Below the pieces are notes generated by a model, which was not told the origin of the DNA, searched no databases, and was given only the letters and a program-made list of their open reading frames with translations. The translations under genes and the position numbers were made by a program. This document shows positions 18,107 to 28,263 of a stretch of DNA of 64,000 nt, piece by piece. The DNA comes from an uncultured Acidobacteriota bacterium. Lineage in GTDB: Bacteria; Acidobacteriota; Blastocatellia; Pyrinomonadales; Pyrinomonadaceae. Positions within the stretch are counted from its first letter, which is position 1. Each line of letters begins with the position of its first letter. The DNA lies in contig CAVXOI010000004.1 of the NCBI GenBank assembly GCA_963763355.1, forward strand, positions 123,514 to 187,513. Direction: 5' to 3'.

Positions 18107-18883
18107 ATGGGCAAAAGGCGATTGAAGGCCGCGATCACAGGCGGCTTCATGCTGGCGGCCGGTTTTTTCTATTTTTCCGATGCTGACGGCGCCCGGGCAC
18201 AACGGGCTCCGAAAACCGAGAAAAAGGAGACAGTACTTGCCTCGGTCGCTGGATACAGATCATGGAATTTAGTTAGCAAGCCCGCTCCCGGATTGGCGGA
18301 CGGTACGCTGAGGATCACCGATTCTTCGATCGCGGGCTGAACGTTCATTGTTGACGGCCTCGGTTCGGGGCTGAATGACGAACAGATCGTTAAGAAATTG
18401 GGATTCTCTGATGCAGAGAAGACAGGTGTGTTCAGGCCGGTCAAAGATACTGGCGCTGAGCCAGCCCTAACCGAAGGAAAACCTCCACAACGATCTGTAG
18501 GTAATTATGATTTTATAGTCCCGCCCGCCTATCGGCCCGACGACAGCGAACCTCGCGAAGATCACAAGACCGGCGAATCATTCGCGCGAGTTTATGCAAA
18601 CGAACAGGCTCGACCTGCGATGACAAAGCAGAACATAAGTTTCCCGCTTGGTTCCATCATCGTCAGGGAAAAACTTTGGCGGTCGGATTCCACCGAGCCG
18701 GCATTGGTCACGGCGATGATCAAACGGGAACGCGGTTTCAGCCCAGCGACGAACGATTGGGAATTCTTCGTCATCGACCGTGGGTTGACCCGCATCAAGG
18801 ACCGCGACACGGTTGGAAGTTGCGCTTCGTGCCACATCAACGCAAAAGAAACCGATTGGGTTTTCAAAACGTATTTACCGTAG
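18107..18883 (+). CDS. cytochrome P460-like haem protein (frame breaks between 18340 and 18400)
   Basis: Signal-like N-terminus, YRSWNLVS, FPLGSIIVREK, WEFFV and the haem motif CASCH. Pieces 18107..18340 and 18398..18883. Confidence 0.5.
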
Positions 18884-18963
18884 ATCGATCGGGTGGCTCG
18901 TGTTTCTAATTTACCGCGTTTACAAATACCTCGTTTCTTCCTGATAATAAATCCGCGAACTGT

Positions 18964-19783
18964 ATGAAATACGGACTGATCGCCGGAAACGGCGATTTCC
19001 CATTTCTTGTGCTTGACGGAGCCCGTAAGGCGGGCGAATCGCTGGCGGTCGTTGCGATCAACGAGGAAACGGACAAACGCATTGAACAAGCCGCGGCCGA
19101 GTTGAAATGGGTCGGCATTGGCCAGCTTGGAAAGATGATCGGTTATTTCAAAGACGCGGGTGTTTCAAAGGTGATCATGGCCGGTCAGGTAAAGCACGTC
19201 CAGCTTTTTTCGGGTGCTGTTCCAGACATGCGGATGCTGAAAATGCTCTGGGGCCTTCCTCGCCGCAATACCGATGCATTGATCGGCGGCATCGCGTCGG
19301 AGCTCGAAAAAGACGGCATAGAGTTGATTGATTCAACCTTCTTTCTACAGGACCATCTAGCCGCCGAAGGCGTGCTTACAAAACGCGGGCCGACGGATAT
19401 TGAAGCAGAAAATATAGAATACGGCCTCTATGTAGCAGGCGAGATAGCCCGACTCGACCTCGGGCAAACGATCGTAGTTCGGGCAAAAGCCTGTGTCGCA
19501 ATAGAAGCCATGGAAGGGACGGACGCGACAATTGCGCGTGCCGGGCAGCTTCCGCGAGGAAAGCTGACCGTCGTTAAAGTTGCAAAGCCCGACCAGGACA
19601 TGCGTCTTCGACGTGCCGGTTATCGGCCTGCCAACGATAAAGGCAATGGCCGAGGCTGGAGCGACCTGCTTGTCGGTGACGGCCGGCAAGACATTGATCA
19701 TCGGCCGAGATGAGATGCTCGCGGCCGCAAATAAAGAAAAGATCGCAATCGTCGGGTCCATCGGTCAGAACCGAGAGCCTTAG
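18964..19783 (+). CDS. lpxI: UDP-2,3-diacylglucosamine diphosphatase LpxI (DUF1009), one frame break near 19600-19700
   Basis: GLIAGNGDFPF, KVIMAGQVKH, and C-terminus DVPVIGLPTIKAMAEAGATCLSVTAGKTLII. Pieces 18964..19713 and 19580..19783. Confidence 0.75.
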
Positions 19784-19989
19784 CGAGCGCGGGAGTCGCA
19801 AAGATGTAAGCCCCGTGTCGCTAGTGTCCCGGTCTGACAAACCCGACGGCCTGAACTTTTGAAACAAAATACCTAAAAAGTCCGTAAAATTGGACGACGC
19901 TTAAATGCCGAGTGCCGCCGACACCGGTTCCTCGCATCAAAGTAGTATCCTTTGCCGCGGCGATCTAGCGGCCAAATAATGGAGAATAG

Positions 19990-21625
19990 ATGAAAAAGAC
20001 CTTTCTTACTTTGTTACTAGCTATTAGCCTGCTGCTGCCGACCCTCGCGTTCGGCCAGGTGGCGGTCAAGATCACGCCGAAAGAGCGTGAAATCGCCGAA
20101 GCGATCACCGCTTCGCAGTTGAGTTCGTATCTGCATTTCATCGCGTCCGACGCCCTCGGCGGCAGGGACACTCCTTCGCAGGGGTTGGACGTCGCGGCAG
20201 AGTTCCTGAAAATGAACGTAGAAAAGTGGGGTTTTAAGCCCGCGGGCGATAACGGCAGTTTCTTTCAGAAGATCGCCCTTACCCGCGAAAGCCTTGACCC
20301 GGCACAAACGACTCTCGAGATCGGAGGGCAGAACTACACGTTCGGAGATGACTTCTTCCGCGTCAGTGGTACCGGAACCGTGAGCGGCCCGGTCGTATTC
20401 GGTAAGGACGGCTGGCTGGTCAAGTCTAAGGGCATAGATGCCTACGCGGGAGTTGATGTCGCGGGTAAGGTCGTTGTTCTCTATAGCCCGACGTTCAGCC
20501 CACAGACGATGATCCCCAGGCCGGCGGGCGTCACCGACGACGACCTCAAAGGTGAGGTCGGGGTAGACTGGGCCAACCCGGTCGCCTATGCGAAGAAAAA
20601 GGGTGCGGCCGCGGTTATCGTGATAGCTCCGCCGCAGTTGCAGGGCATGTGGCCCCAGCTTCGCAATTTTCTCGGACGCGGCGGCACGTACCCGGAAAAG
20701 CTTCGCGACACGCCCAGTGAGGCGGGCCCGAACCCGCCGGCGTTCCTTGTTTCCGAGAAGGTAGGCACTGCTATTTTCGCCGGCGAGGCTGGTGATAAGA
20801 CTGCCGCCCGGGCGTTTGAAACCAAAAAGGCCGCGAAGCTAAGCTCGGCAAGTAAAAAGGAAACACTCTGGACACAGAACGTCGTCGCCCTTTGGGAAGG
20901 CAGCGATCCGGTTCTCAAATCGGAAATGGTCGCGGTCGGGGCCCATTACGATCACGACGGGACGCGGCCGAACGCACCCGGCGAGGACAAGATCTGGAAC
21001 GGTGCCGACGATGACGGTTCGGGCACGGTTGCCGTTCTCGCTATCGCCGAGGCTCTTGCTAAGGCCAAGGAAAGGCCGAAACGGTCGGTACTGCTCGTAT
21101 GGCACGCCGGCGAGGAAAAGGGCCTGTGGGGCGCCGACTATTTCAATCGTTTCCCGACGGTCGATATCAAAAAGGTCGTTGCTCAGTTGAATATCGACAT
21201 GATCGGCCGAAGCAAAAAGCCGGGCGACACTAACCCTAAGAACAAGGACCTTACCGGCGAGAATGCGATCTATGTGATCGGCTCGGAAATGATGAGCTCA
21301 ACACTCGGAGCAGTTACAAAAGGCACGAATGACGCGTTTCTAAAATTGGCCTACGATTATAAGTACGACGACCCGAATGACAAGGAACGGTTCTTTTTCC
21401 GCTCGGATCATTTCCACTATGCCCAGAACGGCATCCCGATCGCGTTCTGGTTCGACGGCGTCCACGAGGATTATCACCAGCCAGCGGATCACCGCAGACA
21501 AGATCGATTACCAGAAAATGGAAAAGGTAACGCGGACGATCTTTCTGACGATGTGGGAGCTTACGGACCTAAAGGAACGCCCCGCGGTGGACAAGAAACT
21601 GCCGGCGGAACTTACGCAGCGGTAA
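19990..21625 (+). CDS. secreted M28 family metallopeptidase with PA domain (one frame break near 21480)
   Basis: Signal peptide, HYDHDG, GADDDGSGTVAVLAIAEAL, WHAGEEKGLWGADYF and FRSDHFHYAQNGIP. The tail is read from ORF 21377..21625. Confidence 0.8.
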
Positions 21626-21631
21626 TAGTAA

Positions 21632-21668
21632 AGGGAGCCGACTGAACGGCTCCCTTTATTGCTTTTCG
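21632..21668 (+). terminator. intrinsic terminator after the M28 peptidase gene
   Basis: agggagccg / actgaa / cggctccct, then ttattgctttt. Confidence 0.7.
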
Positions 21669-21680
21669 ATAAAGCTACGA

Positions 21681-22338
21681 TCAGAACACGATACCGGCAC
21701 CGAACCGAACGTTATGCTGGGTGTTTCCCTCTATCCTGACCGGATTGTAATCCACCTGAAAGGCACGGACCTGGAACCTGTCGCCCACGCGAATATCCAA
21801 CCCACCGCCAAAAGCTCCGGCAAACCCGGTACCACTGGCTGTTTCATCCGGAACAAAGACCGCGGTACAAAGCGGGCCCGGCGAGCAGGCAAAGGCGCTG
21901 AACTTCGTCCGCGCGTGCCCGGCCCCGACCAGAGCGTGGGCAAACGGCTTGAAGCGGCCCGATCTCGCATTGTCCTTTACCTGGATGCCGCCGAGAAAAT
22001 TGTACAGCGAGCTGTCGGTATCAAAACTAACCGTCGCGGGAGATCCGCCCACGTCAAAATTGCCGGTGAACCGGGTACGAATTGTAAGTTCCCGAAATGT
22101 CGCCTTTAACGCCTAAGTAGCGGGTAAAATTGTAGACGCCCGAAACATTGAAGCCGTGAAAGGTCTCTCGGTCACGAAAGAAATCCGCCGCCGTACTGCC
22201 CGAATCCAGTCCGGTGTCGACTTGCCCGTTTGAATAGCCGACATAAAATTCACCCTTCTTGTGATCATCGACAGCCTGTGCCGAAACGAATACGGCCGAA
22301 AGGGCCGCGATAGAAAATAACAAAATTGCCTTTTTCAT
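21681..22338 (-). CDS. outer-membrane beta-barrel protein (one frame break at about 22053)
   Basis: Signal MKKAILLFSIAALSAVFVSAQA, alternating beta-strand pattern, C-terminal ...NVRFGAGIVF (terminal Phe). Pieces 22054..22338 and 21681..22052. Confidence 0.7.
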
Positions 22339-22482
22339 TAACCTTGTCTCCTTGTCTTAATTTGTGGGGGAGAGCGAATATAAACAAAAAGGCCCAACAA
22401 ATTCGATACTGCTAAATCCGTTGGGCCGTTACACTTAGAGGGTAACTGTTAATATTTGATGCCGGAAAACCGGTTCGGTTGT

Positions 22483-23931
22483 CTAGCGGGCGGCGTCGAT
22501 GGTTTTTTCTTTTTCGCGGTCTCCGATGACCTTGTCGCAGCGCGGAATGAACTTTTGTATCAGCTCGTCACGCAGCTCCTTATAAGTTTGTTTTTTTACA
22601 GCCGGAACGTCGCTGGTTTCGGGAGCCTCAGCGTCAGTTTCGGGTGGCGTCCTATCTTCGGCATCGGGCGGCGCGTCGGTCTCTGCCTGCGGCTGCTCGG
22701 TTTGTGAGTCAGCTTCCTCTTCCTCGGCTTCTTCCTCGTCGCTCCGTTCTCCGACTATGTCGGTTTCATTCTCCCATGCCGACTCCTGGTATTTATCGGC
22801 TAACGATCCGGCTTCATCGTCGTCGAGCAGCTCGGCAACGGTTCCCATCGTGTCGGCTTTGTAATAGGGCTCGTCGGAACCCGACCGAAGCGAATCAAGC
22901 AAATAGTTGAGCAGCCGCGGGTCGCCCCAACGTTTGATCAGTTCGATAAGTTCCCGGTCACCGCGGACCGATTCCTGCTTTCCGCTTTTTTCCGCGGCCG
23001 TCCGTGCACTGTCAAGCAGTATATCGGCCATCAATTGTTTCTGGTTCGGATCGATCATTTTGGCGAAAATGGTCGTGTCGATATTCTTTCGACGGCCTTG
23101 CACCGGCCCATCGTGCTCGCTCTCGGCCGGTTCAGCTGCCACTTCCTCGACGGGCTCACCGTTTGCGATCCGCTGGCGCCGGTGCTCAGCCGCCTGCTGC
23201 TGCCATTCCAGCTGCTGGACGCCGGACAGAAGCTCGTACGTTCCTTCCCAGCGGGTCAGCGGGTCCTGGGCACAGCGGATGATCCATTCAAGGATACGAT
23301 CATGATTTACCCTTTTTTCGGCAAAGATACCGTTCAGCTCGTTGATCCGTTTTTCGTACGCCGCCAGGCGTTCCGGTTCCAGCTTTTTCAGCCCGTCGCT
23401 GAAATCGGTCAATCGCGACGGCTCGCTATCGGACGCTTTTCTCACGAACAATAGAACGGCGTCGCCGGCCACCAGTTGGGGCTCGACACTGACAGATTCC
23501 ACTTCATCGTCCATTTCGGCCGTTTCCGGTTCGGTTTTATCCTCGCTCTCGGACTCCGGCTCCGATTGATCTGCGTCAGACGCGGGTGCCTCGGCCTGCT
23601 CGGCTTCCTCGGGCTCCTGAGGCCGTTCCTTATGACGGTATTCCACGTCCTCAACAACGAAGAACTTTTGGGCATCGCCCTTCAGCGTGGTCGAGATAAT
23701 GAAATGTTTCTTTCGCCCTATAGCTGTGTAATCGTCCGTATCCTCGATCACCTTGTCATCTTCCAGCCTGTCAAAAGCGGCAATATAGATGGAGTCGCTG
23801 TTCTGATAGAGCGACAGCAGCGTTTCAGGCATCTTCATGCCACACCGGCGGGCCATCGCATTTTGCGGGATGAGACAAACGGAAACGAGAAGAAAAAAGA
23901 TCGCGGCGGCGGATACGAGAGACCTGAGCAT
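22483..23931 (-). CDS. secreted, very acidic hypothetical protein
   Basis: Intact 482-aa ORF with an N-terminal hydrophobic signal and long E/D/P-rich low-complexity tracts. No recognisable motif. Confidence 0.5.
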   Translation of the reverse strand: MLRSLVSAAAIFFLLVSVCLIPQNAMARRCGMKMPETLLSLYQNSDSIYIAAFDRLEDDKVIEDTDDYTAIGRKKHFIISTTLKGDAQKFFVVEDVEYRHKERPQEPEEAEQAEAPASDADQSEPESESEDKTEPETAEMDDEVESVSVEPQLVAGDAVLLFVRKASDSEPSRLTDFSDGLKKLEPERLAAYEKRINELNGIFAEKRVNHDRILEWIIRCAQDPLTRWEGTYELLSGVQQLEWQQQAAEHRRQRIANGEPVEEVAAEPAESEHDGPVQGRRKNIDTTIFAKMIDPNQKQLMADILLDSARTAAEKSGKQESVRGDRELIELIKRWGDPRLLNYLLDSLRSGSDEPYYKADTMGTVAELLDDDEAGSLADKYQESAWENETDIVGERSDEEEAEEEEADSQTEQPQAETDAPPDAEDRTPPETDAEAPETSDVPAVKKQTYKELRDELIQKFIPRCDKVIGDREKEKTIDAAR

Positions 23932-24050
23932 ACAAGAAACTCCTCGGTTAAACTTTGACCTTTAGCGTGCTACTTTTCAGAATCGGCAATTCGAATTTTC
24001 GTTGCTTCGACCCGGAAAAAAATGTCCAAATTAATAGACACCGAAACCGG

Positions 24051-24893
24051 TCAATAAGTTCCTCTATTTCGCGAAGACTGAAGACGGCGATACGCCTCGG
24101 ACCGGCTGATGCCGAATTCTTTTGCGGCGGTTTTCAACGCTGCCTTTGCGTCCACGCCTGAATTTTCAAGCTCGCGGACGCGTTCATTGAGATCGTCGAG
24201 CGTGGCTGGCCGTGCTTCATCACCCGCCCGGTCAATTACAAGAACGAACTCGCCCCGCGGGTTTGCACTGGAAAAGTGATCGATAAGCTCAGACAGCGTT
24301 CCGCGAACGACCTGTTCGTGAAGCTTGGTCAACTCACGCGCCAACGCTGCCTTGCGGTCACCCAAAACAGCGAGACAATCGGCCAGCGAGCCTACCAGTC
24401 GATGGGGCGATTCGTAAAACACGAGCGTGGCCGGAACGTGTTTGATCTCATCCAGCCGCCGCTGCCGTTCGCCTTTTTTTGACGGCAGGAATCCGCCGAA
24501 GAAGATCGAATCGGCGGGGAGGCCTGAAACTATCACGGCATTGACGAACGCCGCCGCACCGGGGATCGAGACGACATCGATCTTGTTGTCGATCGCCTCT
24601 CGGACAATAAACTCGCCCGGATCGTTTATGCCCGGCGTTCCCGCATCGGAGATCAACGCGACCGAATGTCCGTTCAGCAGTTCACGCAAAAGTTCGTCTG
24701 CCCGCTGTTTTTCATTGTGCTCGTGATAGCTGACCAGCGACTTAGAAATACCGTAGTGGTTGAGGAGTTTTATAGAGTGACGCGTGTCCTCGCAAGCGAT
24801 CAGATCGACACTTTTCAGGACCTCGACGGCACGAAAAGACATATCGGTGAGATTGCCGATCGGCGTCGCGACAAGATAAAGGGTTCCGGGCAT
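24051..24893 (-). CDS. rsmI: 16S rRNA (cytidine1402-2'-O)-methyltransferase
   Basis: PGTLYLVATPIGNLTDMSFRAVEVLKSVDLIACEDTRHS and ISDAGTPGINDPG. Confidence 0.9.
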   Translation of the reverse strand: MPGTLYLVATPIGNLTDMSFRAVEVLKSVDLIACEDTRHSIKLLNHYGISKSLVSYHEHNEKQRADELLRELLNGHSVALISDAGTPGINDPGEFIVREAIDNKIDVVSIPGAAAFVNAVIVSGLPADSIFFGGFLPSKKGERQRRLDEIKHVPATLVFYESPHRLVGSLADCLAVLGDRKAALARELTKLHEQVVRGTLSELIDHFSSANPRGEFVLVIDRAGDEARPATLDDLNERVRELENSGVDAKAALKTAAKEFGISRSEAYRRLQSSRNRGTY

Positions 24894-24942
24894 ATCGGTG
24901 CTTCACGGTAAATCGTAATTTCTGATTCTACGGGAGAAGCAT

Positions 24943-24958
24943 GCTGAAGCGTGAACTC
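24943..24958 (-). promoter_or_regulatory. second copy of the 16-nt block gagttcacgcttcagc, upstream of rsmI
   Basis: Identical to 15773-15788. TAGAAT (24925-24930, minus strand) follows 19 nt later. Confidence 0.35.
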
Positions 24959-24975
24959 TAAACGAAAACAAAAAA

Positions 24976-24997
24976 GCCCGGGCTGTTAGACCCGGGC
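24976..24997 (-). terminator. intrinsic terminator after the Gly/Asn-rich protein gene
   Basis: gcccggg / tctaacag / cccgggc, then ttttttgttttcg on the minus strand. Confidence 0.65.
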
Positions 24998-25036
24998 CCC
25001 GAATGAAACTGCTTCGGGTCCAATTACTTTCCGATC

Positions 25037-25619
25037 TTAGAACGGAAGATTGTTTCGCCAGCCGCCGCCGCGGTTACCGCGGCCATTTCGGTTGTTGTTA
25101 TAACCGTAAGTATTGGCAAGAACATTCAGGTCCTGGCGCATGCTGTTCCACTGGCCGTGGAGATTGCCGGCGTCGGCCTCGCCGTGAATTGTTAAGCTCG
25201 CGGTCGATGGCGGACGCAAGATCCAGGACACGACGTGCTTCGTCGTCGCTATTCTCAAGATTGCGCCCGCGGCCGAACGCATCCTCAAGGTCGTCCGCAG
25301 CGTTTTTGAACTGGTCGGCCAGGTTCTCAAGATTCCCGCCGTAATTATTGTTGTTACCCCAACCGCCCCAGCCGCCGCGGTTGTTCCTGTTGTCGTTGCG
25401 GTCGTCAAAACGGTCGACCGCGTTCTCAAACCTTTCGGCCTTGTTCTTCAGGTTCCTTACCACCGATCGAACATTTCCGCCTCCGTAATAGCCGCCGGCA
25501 TTACCATAGCCGCCGTTGTTACCGTAACCGCCGTTCCACTGGGCGGAAGCAATTGCCGGCAAACCCAAAATTAATAAAGAAAAAGCGCTGATCGCGATCA
25601 TGCTTTTGGTCCTGTTCAT
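25037..25619 (-). CDS. secreted Gly/Asn/Tyr-rich repeat protein (one frame break near 25190)
   Basis: MNRTKSMIAISAFSLLILGLPAIASAQWNGGYGNNGGYGNAGGYYGGG... The tail is read from ORF 25037..25429 (...NNRNGRGNRGGGWRNNLPF). Confidence 0.55.
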
Positions 25620-25722
25620 TTGTTTCTCCAACTTTTATTAGTCTCAGGCAATGACCAGGCATTGCTCGGCGAATGGATGGCAAGGAATGTGCCAATGACG
25701 GTTAACGCTGGCACAAAAAGAA

Positions 25723-25745
25723 AAAGCCCTGATTTACAGGGCTTT
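25723..25745 (-). terminator. intrinsic terminator after the S8 protease gene
   Basis: aaagccctg / taaat / cagggcttt, then ttctttttgt on the minus strand. Confidence 0.7.
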
Positions 25746-25822
25746 AGCTTAATAAGCTGTTGTGGGTTTCGAACGGATCCGCACGTTTTCGGCAGTCAGC
25801 TAAACCAAAACGTCAATCCGTT

Positions 25823-27247
25823 TTACTTCAGGCCCAAAGCCTTTGCAGCGTTTATCCTGCCGCCGCTTGCGACCTTTCCGTTAAGCGAATCGATCTTGTC
25901 GACCGACTTGATTATGCGATCACGAAGTTTCTCGAGCGAGATGTTCGGCTCGTTCGCGATGATCAGGGCCGCGACACCCGAGACATACGGCGTGGCCATC
26001 GACGTCCCGGACGCTTCACGATAAGCGTTGCCCAGCCACGTCGAAACGATCTCGCGTCCGGGTGCGGCGACGTGCACGGTCTTAACCCCGAAATTCGAGA
26101 ACGAAGCGAGCGAGTCAGTTCGGTCGAGAGCCGCGACGCTGATCACGTTCGGCAGGTCGTAATTCGACGGATAATGCGGACGCTTGTCGTTGTCTGTCGA
26201 CGCATTTCCGGCGGCGGCGACGAAAAGAATGCCGTGTTCACCGGCCGCCCGGATCGCGTCTTCAAGCGGTTTGGAATATGCGGTCGAACCCCAGCTTGCG
26301 CTGATCACGCGAATATTCACGCCTTTTTGCTTGCGGTCGATGGCGTAGTTGATCGATTCGATGGCGTCTTTGGTCGAGCCAAAACCGCCGCGGCCCAGGA
26401 ACTTGAGCGGCATGATCTGGACATTCCAGTTGATGCCGGCAATGCCTTCGTTATTGTCGCCCTCGGCTCCGACGATACCGGAGCAATGCGTGCCGTGGCC
26501 GTTGTCGTCCATCGGGTCGGCGGCATTGATGTTGGCGTCATAACCTCGTTCGTCATTGAACGAACCAAGCTCGGTATCGGCGTATTGCGGGATGTTGTCG
26601 GGCCTGGACCACATGTTTGCGGTCAGATCAAGGTGATTATAATCAACACCGGTGTCCAGCACCGCGACGACCACATCGCGGCTTCCCTTCGTTTTGGCCC
26701 AAGCCTGCAAAGCGTCGAGGTCGGCACCGGCCTTACCGCCATCCTGGCCGATATTATTCAGGGCCCATTGCTCGCCGAACTGCGGGTCATTGGGAATATT
26801 CGGTTCTGGACGATCTAAAAGGTCGCGGGCCATCAAGCCTTCGGCGGGGTCGTCGAGCTGGATAACCTCGTTCCGCTCTGCGTATTCGACCATGTCGGTC
26901 ATGCCTTTATACTGGTCGACCACAAGGCTTACATCGGCTCCGTCAAGATCGTCTATCGCTACAAGGCCTTTGACGGCTTCGATATTATCTTCGACGCGAT
27001 CGTTATTTCGGGCGGCGATCTTTTTGATGTCCGAAAGCTTTATGCCGGGCTTGAATCGGACGAGGACCTCGGGTTCCGCATCCTTAAGGCTTCGCGCCGC
27101 TGTGCGCGGTTTATGCGTGGACGAATGATCGACCTCGACATTAAAGAACGGCTTGGTCTGCCACCGCCTGATCTGGCCGAGCACGGCCGCCGTGACGATC
27201 AAAATACCGACGATCCCGATTCGTATCCAAATATTGCTGCGATTCAT
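25823..27247 (-). CDS. secreted subtilisin-like serine protease (S8) with N-terminal I9-type propeptide
   Basis: Catalytic triad blocks VAVLDTGVDYNH (Asp), HGTHCSGIVGA (His) and SGTSMATPYVSGVAAL (Ser). Confidence 0.9.
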   Translation of the reverse strand: MNRSNIWIRIGIVGILIVTAAVLGQIRRWQTKPFFNVEVDHSSTHKPRTAARSLKDAEPEVLVRFKPGIKLSDIKKIAARNNDRVEDNIEAVKGLVAIDDLDGADVSLVVDQYKGMTDMVEYAERNEVIQLDDPAEGLMARDLLDRPEPNIPNDPQFGEQWALNNIGQDGGKAGADLDALQAWAKTKGSRDVVVAVLDTGVDYNHLDLTANMWSRPDNIPQYADTELGSFNDERGYDANINAADPMDDNGHGTHCSGIVGAEGDNNEGIAGINWNVQIMPLKFLGRGGFGSTKDAIESINYAIDRKQKGVNIRVISASWGSTAYSKPLEDAIRAAGEHGILFVAAAGNASTDNDKRPHYPSNYDLPNVISVAALDRTDSLASFSNFGVKTVHVAAPGREIVSTWLGNAYREASGTSMATPYVSGVAALIIANEPNISLEKLRDRIIKSVDKIDSLNGKVASGGRINAAKALGLK

Positions 27248-27279
27248 ATTAAAAGCTCCTGAATCAAAATCCTGTTTAT

Positions 27280-27561
27280 TTATGAAACGATGACGTAGTT
27301 CTCACCGTCCGAGCCCTTTAGGCGAAGCTGATATTTGTCAGCCCGATATTCGTAATTCTTGTCCTTAGCATTAAGGTTGATCCGCCACCCGGTCGAGATC
27401 ATCTGCGCCGACATTTCACCCTCGGCCGGCGCGCCTAACGACATATCCGGAAAATCGACCTTCGAAACCGTTCCTTCGCCGATCTCGCTCTCATTGATCC
27501 CTAGCCGTTTTGCCAGGTCCTGTTTGGCCCGTTCAACGGCGCTTTCCTGCGTAAATCCCAT
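27280..27561 (-). CDS. hypothetical 93-aa protein upstream of the S8 protease
   Basis: Intact ORF with clean codon pattern and no recognised motif. Confidence 0.45.
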   Translation of the reverse strand: MGFTQESAVERAKQDLAKRLGINESEIGEGTVSKVDFPDMSLGAPAEGEMSAQMISTGWRINLNAKDKNYEYRADKYQLRLKGSDGENYVIVS

Positions 27562-27615
27562 ATATTTCCAAACCTCACAATCTTGCTACTTCTACGACCA
27601 TAAGTCAACAAAAGT

Positions 27616-28147
27616 TCAGGCCGCCGCACGCCGCCGGTGAGCGAGATTTCGCCTTATTTCCACCAACGCCGGAACGATGTAAGTCGCGCATGCGGCACCG
27701 AGAACAAGCCCGGTTATGAACCGCGACAGATGCGTATTTTCCCAGATGCCGAAAACGGTGAGGGACCAGTCAATTGAGATCGGAATTAGCGAGAGTATCA
27801 GCCATATCCGCGGCAGCGGCTCGACATCTTCCATCCTTCGCCACACCGGATAAATCAGCAGGCCGGCCAACAGGCCAAAGTAAACGCCAAAGCAACGCGA
27901 ACACACCGCCAGCGGCTCAGCCCCCAAGTGAAACGACCGCTCTGTTAATTGATGACAAATGTAACTGAAAAAAGTATAGATCGGCGGGTCGATGCCCCAT
28001 GCCAACATTTCGTGAGATCGGGCCGAGAACGATCGCCCCGACCCATACCGTTACGATGGCGGCCGTCACCGCCCAGACACGAAACGCCTGAGCGCGGAAA
28101 TAGCCAGGATAATAAGGCGAAACGTAATTTTCAGCCGGTTCGGTCAT
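27616..28147 (-). CDS. DUF2085-like membrane protein (one frame break near 27960)
   Basis: CHQLTERSFHLGAEPLAVCSRCFGVYFG plus flanking TM helices. Pieces 27917..28198 (start at ATG 28147) and 27616..28008. Confidence 0.6.
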
Positions 28148-28154
28148 AGAGGAT

Positions 28155-28263
28155 GTAAGAGTTACGCCTTTAGGCGTGAATCTGCGTCGCGCTAACACCG
28201 CGAGGCTTAACGCGTAAACGCGTAACTCTTACCCGTTGCTTCACGCGTCAACGCGTAACTATT
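28155..28263. repeat. acgcgtaa-word hairpin filling the ppsA-DUF2085 spacer
   Basis: 13-bp perfect outer stem gtaagagttacgc (28155-28167) / gcgtaactcttac (28220-28232). The word acgcgtaact is repeated again at 28251-28260, against the ppsA stop. Confidence 0.7.

Noticed and set aside
25764-25790. tRNA-like T-arm string gtgggtttcgaacggatccgcac
   Set aside because: There is no acceptor stem, anticodon arm or D-arm around it, and the T-loop consensus GGTTCGAATCC is not met.
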